Positions 46,696 to 56,305 of a stretch of DNA of 64,000 nucleotides are shown piece after piece. Position 1 is the first letter of the stretch, and the number at the start of each line of letters is the position of its first letter. Source of the DNA: Bacillota bacterium (GTDB lineage: Bacteria > Bacillota > Limnochordia > Darwinibacteriales > Darwinibacteriaceae); assembly GCA_012521295.1 (NCBI GenBank), contig JAAYMS010000103.1, positions 9,942 through 73,941 on the forward strand, read 5' to 3'. Below the pieces are notes generated by a model. That model was given only the letters and a program-made list of their open reading frames with translations, was not told the DNA's origin and made no database searches. The position numbers were made by a program, and so were the translations under genes.

Positions 46696-47160
46696 TTAGT
46701 CCATTGGCAGATCACTGTCAAGTACTTGCTCGACTGCCGCCTGGGCTGTCTGCCAGGGAAAACCCCGTCTTTCCAGCAGTCCGTAAGCCCTGCGTAGGCG
46801 TACTTCACGGCTGAGCGTCATTAAAGATGGAGCACGGCTTTCGAGAAGGCGTTTAGCCAGCTCCAACTCTTCTTCGGGGCTGTTCATAACCATGTCAATA
46901 ATCTCTGATGAAATGCCCTTGGCATGGAGTTCTCTGCGCAGCCCAAGGTTACCCGTGGGGCGCAGGCGGTTTCGCTGATCGACATAGTTACGGGCAAAAC
47001 GTTCGTCATTGACAAAATCCATCTCCCGTAAATATGCCAGAACATCATCTACAACGGTTTCATCGTAATCTGCAACCAACCGCGTTCGTAATTCATGAAC
47101 GGTCCGATCGCGTGCTGTAAGAAGGCGGATCGCCTTCTTCTTTGCTAGACTTGCATCCAC
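46696..47160 (-). CDS. recX: Recombination regulator RecX
   Basis: 154 aa helical-repeat protein 2 nt downstream of recA. Confidence 0.8.
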   Translation of the reverse strand: MDASLAKKKAIRLLTARDRTVHELRTRLVADYDETVVDDVLAYLREMDFVNDERFARNYVDQRNRLRPTGNLGLRRELHAKGISSEIIDMVMNSPEEELELAKRLLESRAPSLMTLSREVRLRRAYGLLERRGFPWQTAQAAVEQVLDSDLPMD

Positions 47161-47162
47161 GT

Positions 47163-48200
47163 TTACTCAGCACCCGCGCCTTCCTCAGATTTTTCGTCAG
47201 ATGCTTCTGGCTGGATCAGGCCTTTAGCTTCACGCACTTTGCGCTCCAACTCGGCCATCAGCTCAGGATTCTGACGGAGAAACTCTTTGGCGTTTTCCCG
47301 CCCCTGTCCCAGACGGATGTCCCCATATGAGTACCAAGCCCCGCTCTTGTTGACGATGTCAAGGTCACTGGCAATGTCTAGAACATCGCCCTCGCGTGAA
47401 ATGCCAAAGCCATACATGATATCAAACTCGGCTTCCTTAAACGGCGGTGCTACCTTGTTTTTCAACACTCTCACACGCGTACGGTTCCCCACCATGTCGG
47501 TACCCTGTTTGATGGTCTCAATACGGCGAATATCCAATCGAATAGAGGCGTAGAACTTCAGAGCCCGCCCGCCGGGTGTAGTCTCGGGATTGCCAAACAT
47601 GACACCAACTTTTTCACGAAGCTGGTTCGTGAAGATCACGGTACAACTCGACTTATTGATAGCGCCGGTTAGTTTGCGCAGCGCTTGCGACATGAGGCGG
47701 GCCTGCAGGCCAACGTGCTGATCACCCATTTCACCCTCAATTTCTGCCCGCGGTACAAGCGCGGCTACCGAGTCTATCACAACAACATCGACAGCACCGC
47801 TGCGGACTAGATGTTCAGCAATCTCTAGAGCCTGTTCTGCATGGTCCGGCTGAGAAATCAGGAGATTATCAATATCAACACCGAGTTTTCGGGCATAAAT
47901 GGGATCGAGAGCATGCTCCGCGTCGATCATAGCCGCAATGCCGCCAGCCTTTTGCGCTTCGGCAATTATGTGCAGCGTTAAAGTGGTCTTTCCTGATGAT
48001 TCGGGGCCATAAATCTCTACTATTCTCCCCCGTGGAATGCCACCTACGCCAAGAGCTAAGTCTAGAGACAGAGAACCTGTGGGTATTACATCAATCCCCT
48101 GTGCTGAATTGGCCTCACCCAGTTTCATGATAGAGCCCTTGCCAAACTGTTTCTCAATCTGCAGTACCGCCGTCTCCAGCGCCCTGATTTTATCTGACAT
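47163..48200 (-). CDS. recA: Recombinase RecA
   Basis: MSDKIRALE...[16 protein letters not shown]-terminus. Walker [19 protein letters not shown] 9 nt upstream of the ATG at 48200. Confidence 0.97.
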   Translation of the reverse strand: MSDKIRALETAVLQIEKQFGKGSIMKLGEANSAQGIDVIPTGSLSLDLALGVGGIPRGRIVEIYGPESSGKTTLTLHIIAEAQKAGGIAAMIDAEHALDPIYARKLGVDIDNLLISQPDHAEQALEIAEHLVRSGAVDVVVIDSVAALVPRAEIEGEMGDQHVGLQARLMSQALRKLTGAINKSSCTVIFTNQLREKVGVMFGNPETTPGGRALKFYASIRLDIRRIETIKQGTDMVGNRTRVRVLKNKVAPPFKEAEFDIMYGFGISREGDVLDIASDLDIVNKSGAWYSYGDIRLGQGRENAKEFLRQNPELMAELERKVREAKGLIQPEASDEKSEEGAGAE

Positions 48201-48223
48201 CCACTCATCTCCTTCCCCAAAAA

Positions 48224-48237
48224 GAAACATGTGTTCG
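48224..48237 (-). promoter_or_regulatory. Candidate LexA (Cheo-type) box upstream of recA
   Basis: On the - strand it reads CGAACACATGTTTC. The consensus is CGAACRNRYGTTCG, so there is one mismatch in the right half. It lies 24-37 nt upstream of the recA ATG. Confidence 0.4.
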
Positions 48238-48329
48238 ATCATAGATTACAGAAAAAGGGAAAAGCCGCTGACCACCACATACCAGCGATTTTCCCCCTTG
48301 GAGCGACGTCACGATGGTGGTTACGTGAA

Positions 48330-49772
48330 CTATGGTCTTGTTTCGACATTGCTTCTACGATTCCTGCCCGCTTCGGTAAATGTTCGCTGCAGTGAAAAAC
48401 CAGATCCAAAACCGGCAACATCTACCCCGTCCACAGCTACCAGCTGCAGCTTGCCGGTTTCGTCGCGGGTATAATGAAGTAGAGCAAGACTATAGGGATG
48501 CGGCTCATGCGACTGGAAGCCGCGGATTCCTGCGGCTCCGGTCGTTCCCGCATTGATATAAAACGTCCCTTCTCGTTCTTCTATGACAAGCGTATGGCTG
48601 TGGCCACAAAGGACTACAGGAAAGAGGCCTGGTTGAATTTGCTGAGCAATGCGATGGTTGTGGACCATGAAGATGTCGGGGCGATCTTCGACTGCTGACC
48701 AAGTCTCATTGATATGCTGCGCAATGGCAGCCAGCTCATTGAGGCCTGCGGGATTTGGTGAGTATCTGTCTGCAGCAGGATCACCGATACCTGCGATTCG
48801 CAGCCCCATAATCTCTTGTACTTCGTCTTCCACGAGCACCACATTAGGGGTCTGCCGCATGCGTTCGACCACATCAGGAGAGTCGTGGTTGCCTGTTGCA
48901 AACACATACGGTATACCCAGTTCCACAATTCGGCGTGTGATTTCTGCCTCGAGTTCTGTCCCCCAGTCAGTCAGATCACCGGTGTCGATTATGAAACTCA
49001 CCGGGAAGCTCCCTATTACCTGGTACACAAAATCGAAGGCCACCGGGTTGTTATGAACATCCGATACATGCAGAACAAGCAGATCAACTCTCCCCAGGCT
49101 GATCTGGCCGATGTTCTCCAGATTAGAAAACACCGCGTAGAGATTGCCGGCCACAGTCTGAATCTGCTTTCCTAATTCCTCTACCCTGCCCAAGCTTTCC
49201 TGAACCAATTCAAACATCCACGGAGCTGCCTCGATGATTCCGTTATACTGTGGGTGTTCAAAGGCTCCCGCATCATATGCTAAGTAAGTAAGCCCAAGCA
49301 AAAGAAACACTACTAGTGCCCCACAAAGGCTCGACAAGGCCAACCGAGATGGTCTTCTCAAACCTCCAACCCAGGCTCCAATAAGCCCACCTAGAGCACC
49401 AAGCAGGACAAGACGCGCAAGATGCATCATGATAATCCGCACGACCCAGTCGTCGACCATGTTGATTACAGTCTCCAGGTTATCAGGTGAAGAAAACACG
49501 ATCGCCCGCAGAACTGCCAAGTCGATGCTCTGAAGCGAAATGCTGAGCTGGATAGGAATCAGATGTGTGGGCGCGCTGATAGACCCCACTGGGGGAAGAA
49601 CAAAGCGCGTTAACCCAGGCCAACCGAGGGCTGCATCGAGCTCCACTACGAAAGACACAGCTTCATAGCTTGCCCGAGAGAAAACATTAGCAAGGACAAG
49701 CGCACCTATAATAACGCTGAGAGCCGGCAGAACTCTTCTCCGGCTCGCAAAACGTTCGTTCCCTTTCTTCAT
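48330..49772 (-). CDS. Membrane-anchored calcineurin-like metallophosphoesterase
   Basis: N-terminal TM. Motifs LHVSDVHN, DTGDLTDWG, GNHD. 480 aa with additional TM helices in the N-terminal third. Confidence 0.7.
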   Translation of the reverse strand: MKKGNERFASRRRVLPALSVIIGALVLANVFSRASYEAVSFVVELDAALGWPGLTRFVLPPVGSISAPTHLIPIQLSISLQSIDLAVLRAIVFSSPDNLETVINMVDDWVVRIIMMHLARLVLLGALGGLIGAWVGGLRRPSRLALSSLCGALVVFLLLGLTYLAYDAGAFEHPQYNGIIEAAPWMFELVQESLGRVEELGKQIQTVAGNLYAVFSNLENIGQISLGRVDLLVLHVSDVHNNPVAFDFVYQVIGSFPVSFIIDTGDLTDWGTELEAEITRRIVELGIPYVFATGNHDSPDVVERMRQTPNVVLVEDEVQEIMGLRIAGIGDPAADRYSPNPAGLNELAAIAQHINETWSAVEDRPDIFMVHNHRIAQQIQPGLFPVVLCGHSHTLVIEEREGTFYINAGTTGAAGIRGFQSHEPHPYSLALLHYTRDETGKLQLVAVDGVDVAGFGSGFSLQRTFTEAGRNRRSNVETRP

Positions 49773-49797
49773 GCCGCCCTCCCCCAGAGGCCGGAGC

Positions 49798-51036
49798 CTA
49801 TCGCAATCCTTTCCAGAGTAAGGTCAAAGCAGCTTGTGCCGACCGCTGCTTGATCTGCTCCCGAGATCCAGTAAACTGATGCCGCTCCACTATAGTATCT
49901 CCGGGGGAAGCTAGACTGATGTATACCAGTCCTACAGGTTTTTCAGGAGTACCTCCCCCAGGGCCAGCGATTCCGGTTATAGCTACACCGAAGTCTGTAC
50001 CCGCTTTTCGCCGAACACCTTCGGCCATTTCTCGCGCCGTCTGGGGACTGACCGCCCCATACTGTTTAATAGTGTCCTCGTTAACTCCCAAGTCCGATAT
50101 CTTCGCTTCGTTACTGTACACGATATATCCTCGCAAGAAGTACTCTGAACTGCCTGGGATATTAGTTATCCGATGTCCTACCATGCCACCAGTGCAGGAT
50201 TCTGCCACCGCTAGCGTCCTTCCCTGAGAGCGCAAGCATTCACCGATTACCTCTTCTAGGGATTGACCACTGGTGCTGTAGAGGTATTCCGCTGTGCGGC
50301 TGGCGATCTCACGAGCTACAGGCTCGATGAGTGCCTCTGCTTCGTCTTCGAAGGAGGCTCTAGCTGTAAGGCGGATGCGGACCGCACCCTGTGATGCGTA
50401 CGGAGCGACAGTTGGATTGCTCTGCGAAGCAATAATATCTTTAACCAGCTCTTCTAAGGCCGATTCCCCAATCCCAGTAAAACTCAGATTACGGGTAACA
50501 ATAACCTCCCTGTCGTACTTCTCCTGCAAATACGGCAGCAAGCTCCCTTCAAACATGGCTTCCATTTCCACTGGGACACCGGGCAGGGCAGCGATTGCTC
50601 TACCGTTGTGTTCCAAAATGAAGCCCGGGGCAGTGCCGCGCGTATTAGGCATGATATGTGCACCTTGAGGCAGATAGGCCTGTTTGCGGTTGTTACTGGG
50701 CATCTGTCCTTCTCCATAACGGTGCCTGAAGTACGCTTCGATAGTGCTCAATGCCTTCTCGTCGAGGACGAGTGGCCGGTTAGTGACTGCGGCCACCGCT
50801 GCTCGGGTCAGATCGTCATCAGTGGGCCCTAAGCCACCGCTGATGATCACTATGTCTGAACGCGACAACGCCCGCGACAGGGTTTCAACGATGCGGAGCC
50901 AATTGTCACCTACCGTTGATTTGTAATATAAGTTGATGCCGCACTCTGATAACCGCTGGGCAAGAAACTGCGCGTTGGTATCAACGATCTCACCTAGAAG
51001 CAGTTCTGTGCCGATGATAACCAATTCTGCCTGCAT
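49798..51036 (-). CDS. cinA: Competence/damage-inducible protein CinA (MoCF-binding and CinA C-terminal domains)
   Basis: N-terminus MQAELVIIGTELLLGEIVDTN. 412 aa. Confidence 0.9.
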   Translation of the reverse strand: MQAELVIIGTELLLGEIVDTNAQFLAQRLSECGINLYYKSTVGDNWLRIVETLSRALSRSDIVIISGGLGPTDDDLTRAAVAAVTNRPLVLDEKALSTIEAYFRHRYGEGQMPSNNRKQAYLPQGAHIMPNTRGTAPGFILEHNGRAIAALPGVPVEMEAMFEGSLLPYLQEKYDREVIVTRNLSFTGIGESALEELVKDIIASQSNPTVAPYASQGAVRIRLTARASFEDEAEALIEPVAREIASRTAEYLYSTSGQSLEEVIGECLRSQGRTLAVAESCTGGMVGHRITNIPGSSEYFLRGYIVYSNEAKISDLGVNEDTIKQYGAVSPQTAREMAEGVRRKAGTDFGVAITGIAGPGGGTPEKPVGLVYISLASPGDTIVERHQFTGSREQIKQRSAQAALTLLWKGLR

Positions 51037-51043
51037 GTCTCAC

Positions 51044-52117
51044 TCACCACTTCTTAATCTCACGAACCGCATCCCAATCGAGGCGCTGCACAATTCCTTC
51101 TAGGAGCTTGACTAGATTATCGTAGTCGTCCAGATGCATGTAATCGGTGTGGGTGTGGATATATCGGACCGGCACGCCCAGTGTCAGGCTGGGGACACCA
51201 GCCCCGAAGAGGTGCATTTCACCAGCATCTGTTCCACCGCCCAAGAGCGCTGCGAACTGGAGTGGGATATTGAGCTCTTCTGCCACTTCGATTACAAACC
51301 GCCGCAGGCCAAAATGAGCGATCGCGCTGCCGTCAGCTACGTACATGACCGGCCCAGCCCCGAGCTTGAGGGGGCTTTCTTCGGGAGTTACACCAGGAAC
51401 ATCACCGGCGATGCCCACGTCGAGAGCAATCCCGATATCTGGCTGCACAACATGTGTAGAGGTACGGGCACCGCGCAGGCCCACTTCTTCTTGGACTGTG
51501 GCAACAGCGTACAGGGTGTTAGGATGAGTTTGGTTCTCCAAACGATCCAGCAGTTCTATCAAGGCTGCACAGCCAGCCCGATCATCCCAAGCCTTGCCCG
51601 CTACCACCCGGCCATTACCCATTACCTCGAACTGACTTACCGGAAAAATCGGGTCCCCGGGACGGATATGAAGCTCTTCGATCACCTGCTGTTTGCTTGA
51701 CGCGCCTACGTCAATAAACATTGTGTCTTTCTTGACCACTTTATTCTTGTCTTCGTCCTTTAATATGTGTGGCGGCTTGGAACCAATCACGCCGCTGACC
51801 AATCCCTCGCTGGTGCGTATCTGTACTCGCTGTCCCAGGAGGACTTGGTCCCACCATCCACCAAGGGGGATGAACTTAATAAAACCGTCATCGGTGATTA
51901 CGTGCACCATAAAACCGATCTCGTCCATATGGGCCGGAATCATTATCTTCGGTCCATCACTTTGCCCGGCTTTTCGGCAGACTAAGCTGCCCAAGTTGTC
52001 TGTCTCAATCTCGCATTTACTGCCTACATAACCTTTGATCAGCTCCCGGACCTCTGACTCAAAGCCCGGAATCCCATTGACCTCAGAAATATTTTTCAGA
52101 AGATTCAGCCTATCCAT
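51044..52117 (-). CDS. M42 family glutamyl aminopeptidase / FrvX-like peptidase
   Basis: Start MDRLNLLKNISEVNG at 52117 after GGGAAGGGG. Metal-binding H/D/E motifs of the M42 family. 357 aa. Confidence 0.8.
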   Translation of the reverse strand: MDRLNLLKNISEVNGIPGFESEVRELIKGYVGSKCEIETDNLGSLVCRKAGQSDGPKIMIPAHMDEIGFMVHVITDDGFIKFIPLGGWWDQVLLGQRVQIRTSEGLVSGVIGSKPPHILKDEDKNKVVKKDTMFIDVGASSKQQVIEELHIRPGDPIFPVSQFEVMGNGRVVAGKAWDDRAGCAALIELLDRLENQTHPNTLYAVATVQEEVGLRGARTSTHVVQPDIGIALDVGIAGDVPGVTPEESPLKLGAGPVMYVADGSAIAHFGLRRFVIEVAEELNIPLQFAALLGGGTDAGEMHLFGAGVPSLTLGVPVRYIHTHTDYMHLDDYDNLVKLLEGIVQRLDWDAVREIKKW

Positions 52118-52147
52118 CTTTAACCCCTTCCCAAAATATGGTATAAT
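52117..52147 (+). promoter_or_regulatory. Sigma-A-type promoter with an extended -10 (TGGTATAAT) for the downstream lipoprotein gene
   Basis: TGGTATAAT at 52139-52147. A weak -35 about 17 nt upstream. AAGGGAGG and AGGAGG RBSs precede the TTG start at 52184. Confidence 0.5.
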
Positions 52148-52183
52148 AATACTGCGCCCAAGGGAGGTTGAGGAGGTTTTTTC

Positions 52184-53179
52184 TTGAGAAGATATCAATC
52201 AACCTCAGCCGTTGCTCTGCTTTGCCTGGTTGCAATCCTCTTGACTGGCTGTGTCATGCCTATAGGACTTGGTTCCCCTCCGCATGCACATGGCCCATTG
52301 GCAATCATGGGCACTCTAGCATCTGAACCGCACAGCCCAGTCACCCAAGCTCACATTGTTATGTCCAGAGGCAAACATCTCTTTGAGTGGAATGTACCTG
52401 TCGAGGGGCTGAGCTTCAAGGCAGACATCGAACTACCCGTTGGTACCTGGGAGCTCTCCATCCTGCTTCTGGACGCCCAAGGAAATGTGCTTTTTCAAAA
52501 CGAGCCACAGCCGGTAGAAGTGTCCCCGCACGAGTCCCAAGTTGTCAATGTAGTTCTGCGCCCTGGCGATGGTAGAGTCAACCTCACCATCGATTTGAGG
52601 GGCTCTCTCCTTCTTCCCCACGCCCGCAGGGCCCGAGTCTATTTCAACGACGAGCGCACCGAATTAGTTTGGGAAGAAGAGAAAGAGACCATCAACCACG
52701 TGTTCACGCTTCCTCCAGGCACACATGATTTCTCGGTCGAGCTCTATACCGAATCGTTCCGGGCGAGTGATCGGTTGGTTCCCGGAGTGTGGCAATCAGT
52801 AGAGGTTAAACCAGGAGAAGAACTAGTCATCAACTGGGAACCCTTACTGCAGGAGTTGACAGTCGAGGCGGTCATTGGCCTAATCCTAGACCCACCCCAG
52901 AACCTCACCGCTGAAGTGGACAACAATCAAGTAAAGCTGGCTTGGGACGCTCATCACAGTCCATATGTTACAGGATATTTCGTCTACTGTTGGGCTGATC
53001 CCTTTGAACGCCCGGAAATTCTTACTCCAACACCGACAGCTGTACCCGAGTTTCTTCATACACTAGATGATCAAGAAGAACCATCCCATGGCACCCTGAC
53101 CTACAGTGTAGCAGCACTCAGCAGCAGCGGTGTTGTAGGATACCGTTCGAGCGAACTCGCCGTCACAATTTCAAAATAA
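52184..53179 (+). CDS. Lipoprotein with a C-terminal fibronectin-type-III-like domain
   Basis: Lipobox LLTGC in the signal peptide. The C-terminus (LTAEVDNNQVKLAWDAHHSPYVTGYFVYCW) is Fn3-like. TTG start. Confidence 0.55.
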   Translation: MRRYQSTSAVALLCLVAILLTGCVMPIGLGSPPHAHGPLAIMGTLASEPHSPVTQAHIVMSRGKHLFEWNVPVEGLSFKADIELPVGTWELSILLLDAQGNVLFQNEPQPVEVSPHESQVVNVVLRPGDGRVNLTIDLRGSLLLPHARRARVYFNDERTELVWEEEKETINHVFTLPPGTHDFSVELYTESFRASDRLVPGVWQSVEVKPGEELVINWEPLLQELTVEAVIGLILDPPQNLTAEVDNNQVKLAWDAHHSPYVTGYFVYCWADPFERPEILTPTPTAVPEFLHTLDDQEEPSHGTLTYSVAALSSSGVVGYRSSELAVTISK

Positions 53180-53183
53180 AAAA

Positions 53184-53211
53184 GTGAAGCCAGGTGTTAC
53201 CTGTGCTTCAC
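53184..53211 (-). terminator. Rho-independent terminator (mainly for the PAP2 gene; possibly bidirectional)
   Basis: GTGAAGCCAGG tgtta CCTGtGCTTCAC hairpin, followed on the - strand by TTTTTTATTTT. Confidence 0.55.
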
Positions 53212-53603
53212 CGCATCCTCCAGAGCGCCACTACAACGCCTAATAATGCTCCAACCAAAACCTCAAAGGGAGTATGTCCTAATAACTCGCGCAAGCGCTC
53301 AGGATGGAGCTCGCGTCGGTTAAGGTCCTCAAGAATGGCATTGAGGACCTTTGCTTGTTTGCCAGCGGCCCGCCTCACGCCTGAGGCATCATACATTACC
53401 ACCATAGCAAAAGCAAAAGACAACGCAAACATGATCGAATCAAAACCTACCGACATCCCAATCGCTGTGGCAAGTGATGTGACAAAAGCACTGTGTGAAC
53501 TGGGCATACCTCCTGGTTCAACGAGACGCTTAAAGTTCCATTCCCGGACAGAAAGTGCCCAAGTAATGAGTTTCAGCCCTTGAGCAATAGCCCAAGCGAT
53601 CAC
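53208..53603 (-). CDS. Divergent PAP2 family protein (YuiD/DUF212-like)
   Basis: 131 aa. GGMPSSHSA motif. 3-4 TM helices. Confidence 0.75.
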   Translation of the reverse strand: MIAWAIAQGLKLITWALSVREWNFKRLVEPGGMPSSHSAFVTSLATAIGMSVGFDSIMFALSFAFAMVVMYDASGVRRAAGKQAKVLNAILEDLNRRELHPERLRELLGHTPFEVLVGALLGVVVALWRMR

Positions 53604-53722
53604 ACATGTAATTAAAACCTTATTTGCTTGCAGCTGCTGCAGAAGTGATGCATCAGTAATCGCTAAACAACACCTTTCATAGATATCATTTCCAGGAATA
53701 GAATTAGGCGAGGGGAATCGCC

Positions 53723-54172
53723 ATGACAGAATTACTGCCTCTTCTAATTATATTCCTAATTGGTGTGTTTACCAAGAACAATTTACTCGCAGCGGCCTCT
53801 GCTATTGTAATGGTCGTAGGCCTGCTTAAGCTCGACCGTCTGCTTCCGCTTCTCGAAAGGCGAGGGGTCGAAGTGGGGCTGCTCTTCTTGACCATGTCCA
53901 TCCTTACTCCATTTGCTTCAGGAAAAGTCACCCTACAGTCACTGATAAGAGCCTTAGTCAACCCCGTCGGGCTGTTGGCTGTCGCTGGAGGCATCATTGG
54001 TTCGTATCTAAACAGTCAAGGGCTGGATATGGTCACAATCAGGCCCGATGTTATTCCTGGAATACTGCTCGGTGTGATGCTTGGTGTGTCATTCTTTGGC
54101 GGCATTCCCGTCGGGCCGATCATGGCGGCTGGAGTCACTGCCGTTTTGGTCAGTCTGCTTAGATGGCCTTAA
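53723..54172 (+). CDS. DUF441/UPF0756 family membrane protein
   Basis: 149 aa, 4 TM helices. Glycine-rich helix GGIPVGPIMAAG typical of the family. Confidence 0.65.
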   Translation: MTELLPLLIIFLIGVFTKNNLLAAASAIVMVVGLLKLDRLLPLLERRGVEVGLLFLTMSILTPFASGKVTLQSLIRALVNPVGLLAVAGGIIGSYLNSQGLDMVTIRPDVIPGILLGVMLGVSFFGGIPVGPIMAAGVTAVLVSLLRWP

Positions 54173-55668
54173 GAAGCAAGTGTTACCAGGAAGTTCCGAA
54201 GCTGATCCCCTGAGATGCTGTCATACTGTAGAAGATGTTCAGCCGCGGCCTCAAGTTCCTTTTGATGCTGCAGAAGGTAAGTGCGTACGATCTCTTCTTG
54301 CTGACGAATGATATCTGTTACCGCTTTGTGAAGCAGTTCGTGCGGCAGATCCGCACTCACAATGCCCAAAGGCGAAAGCCCGGCGTAAACCATCTGCTTT
54401 GCAATCTCGGTAGCCTGCTTAATGTCTCCAATCGCTCCTGTCGACCTCTGTCCGAAGAACAGCTCCTCGCTAAGAGCCCCAGCAGTACAGACGTTGATTT
54501 CGCCCAATAGCTCATCCCGCGTTCTCAAATACTGGTCATCACTAGGACTCTGACGGATATATCCGAGAGCGCTGCCCCGCGAGTTAATCGTAATGGATGC
54601 TACAGCTCCAGGACGATTCCACTCGGCAACCAGTGCATGGCCAGCTTCATGATAAGCTATCCTTTTGCGCTCCTCCATTGTCGGCCTGCGGTCAAGTTTT
54701 TCGCCCAACATCACCTTCTCAATGGCTTCGCGAATGTCATGTCCAGTGATTTCTGGGCTCCGGCGCCGAAGTGCCTGAATGGCAGCTTCATTGAGTACAT
54801 TTTCCAGATGTGCACCGGAAAATCCATATGTCTCCCGCGCAACTTGTTCCAAATCAACATCGTCGGCAAGAGGCTTGTCCTTCGCATGGATTTCCAGAAT
54901 CCGCAGCCGCCCTTCCTTATCAGGTAGATCAACACGCACAATACGATCAAAACGCCCAGGCCGCAGAAGTGCTGGATCGAGGATGTCAGCGCGGTTTGTG
55001 GCTGCAACCACCAGGGTTTGGACCCTCTGCGCTGTATCAATCCCATCGAGCTGAGTAAGGAGTTCATTCAGCGTCTGATCATATTCCATATGGCCTTGAT
55101 GACTGCCCCGTTTGGCACCTAAGACATCAATCTCATCGATGAAAACAACACAGCTGCTCTTCCCCCGCTGTTCAGCCAGCGTTCCTGCCTTCTTGAACAA
55201 CTGACGTACACGCTGTGCTCCTACTCCAGCATACATTTCTACGAACTGTGAGCCAGAAGCAGATAGAAACACCGAGTCGGTGTAGTTCGCCGCTGCTTTG
55301 GCCATCAGTGTCTTACCGGTCCCTGGAGGGCCTACCAGCAAGATCCCCCTTAACGGTCTGATACCAAGTTTCTTGCTTAAGCTGCTCTCCTTCATAAACG
55401 AAAGCGCCTCAACAAGTTCGCGCTTTGCGACCTCTTGCCCGCCGATATCTTCGAAGGTGATCTGCGGAAGATCGCCCCCTGTCTGCGGTGCAGCACCAAT
55501 GGTTTCGAAACGTCTCCCCATAGGTGAGCGCCCGTCCAGGATCATTTTCAGGACAAATATGATTGCTGCACCAAACAAAACTGGGCTTACATCAACACCA
55601 AAACGCAGGAGCAAGACAAAGACTGCAGCTCCAATCCCGGCAAGAAGCTCCCATCGGTATTTCTTCAT
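54169..55668 (-). CDS. FtsH-like AAA+ zinc metalloprotease, short paralog lacking the periplasmic domain
   Basis: N-terminal hydrophobic hairpin. AAA module with Walker A GPPGTGKT, Walker B VVFIDEID and SRH. Protease HEAGHAL (HExxH). Total 499 aa. Confidence 0.8.
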   Translation of the reverse strand: MKKYRWELLAGIGAAVFVLLLRFGVDVSPVLFGAAIIFVLKMILDGRSPMGRRFETIGAAPQTGGDLPQITFEDIGGQEVAKRELVEALSFMKESSLSKKLGIRPLRGILLVGPPGTGKTLMAKAAANYTDSVFLSASGSQFVEMYAGVGAQRVRQLFKKAGTLAEQRGKSSCVVFIDEIDVLGAKRGSHQGHMEYDQTLNELLTQLDGIDTAQRVQTLVVAATNRADILDPALLRPGRFDRIVRVDLPDKEGRLRILEIHAKDKPLADDVDLEQVARETYGFSGAHLENVLNEAAIQALRRRSPEITGHDIREAIEKVMLGEKLDRRPTMEERKRIAYHEAGHALVAEWNRPGAVASITINSRGSALGYIRQSPSDDQYLRTRDELLGEINVCTAGALSEELFFGQRSTGAIGDIKQATEIAKQMVYAGLSPLGIVSADLPHELLHKAVTDIIRQQEEIVRTYLLQHQKELEAAAEHLLQYDSISGDQLRNFLVTLAS

Positions 55669-56213
55669 GACTTCACCTCCGAAACGTCGACAGTGTTGAC
55701 ACCAGCCGATTCACCCCGGCTGATGACGCGGCTGAGTTGTCCTGCGCCGTCCTTCAGCTGTACGTAGATGTAACTGCGGTCTAAGGATAGTACCATCTCT
55801 TGCCCAAACTCATCTGCGATTTGGCTGAGCTGGGTCTCCATTTCGCGGAAGTTGCCCTGAATCACTGCTTCCTCTAGCACGAACATCATCTTCTGGAACG
55901 CTCGGAGCGATGTAGGGCTTGGGTCATCGAGCAGCTCGAGAGCAAACTCCTTGCCATACGAGTATAAGACATGCTGTACAGCTGCCATTGTTTCGGCCAG
56001 ATCGGCGTCGTCATCAAGGAAAACGCTCACTACTGTTTTCTGCTTACGCCGGGAGAGGGTGGCTTCTTGGACCCCATCCACTCCAGCGACCTGTGCCATC
56101 ATTGGCTCAAGCACTTGTTTTTGATGGAGGAAATACTGACCCAGGAGGCCCAGCACTAATACTACAGCAAAGATAATTAAGACTACGTGGACTTTGAGAC
56201 GTCTAAATTCCAC
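55665..56213 (-). CDS. Hypothetical membrane-anchored protein (single N-terminal TM), translationally coupled to the FtsH-like gene
   Basis: 182 aa. TM at residues 8-27. 4 nt overlap with the downstream AAA protease gene. Confidence 0.5.
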   Translation of the reverse strand: MEFRRLKVHVVLIIFAVVLVLGLLGQYFLHQKQVLEPMMAQVAGVDGVQEATLSRRKQKTVVSVFLDDDADLAETMAAVQHVLYSYGKEFALELLDDPSPTSLRAFQKMMFVLEEAVIQGNFREMETQLSQIADEFGQEMVLSLDRSYIYVQLKDGAGQLSRVISRGESAGVNTVDVSEVKS

Positions 56214-56305
56214 TGCCGCCCTCCCTTTCTATAACTTATGTTTGTCACTATAACAACAAAAATCGATGCCGGCAGGAAACTCGCCAGCATCGACATTATA
56301 ACATA

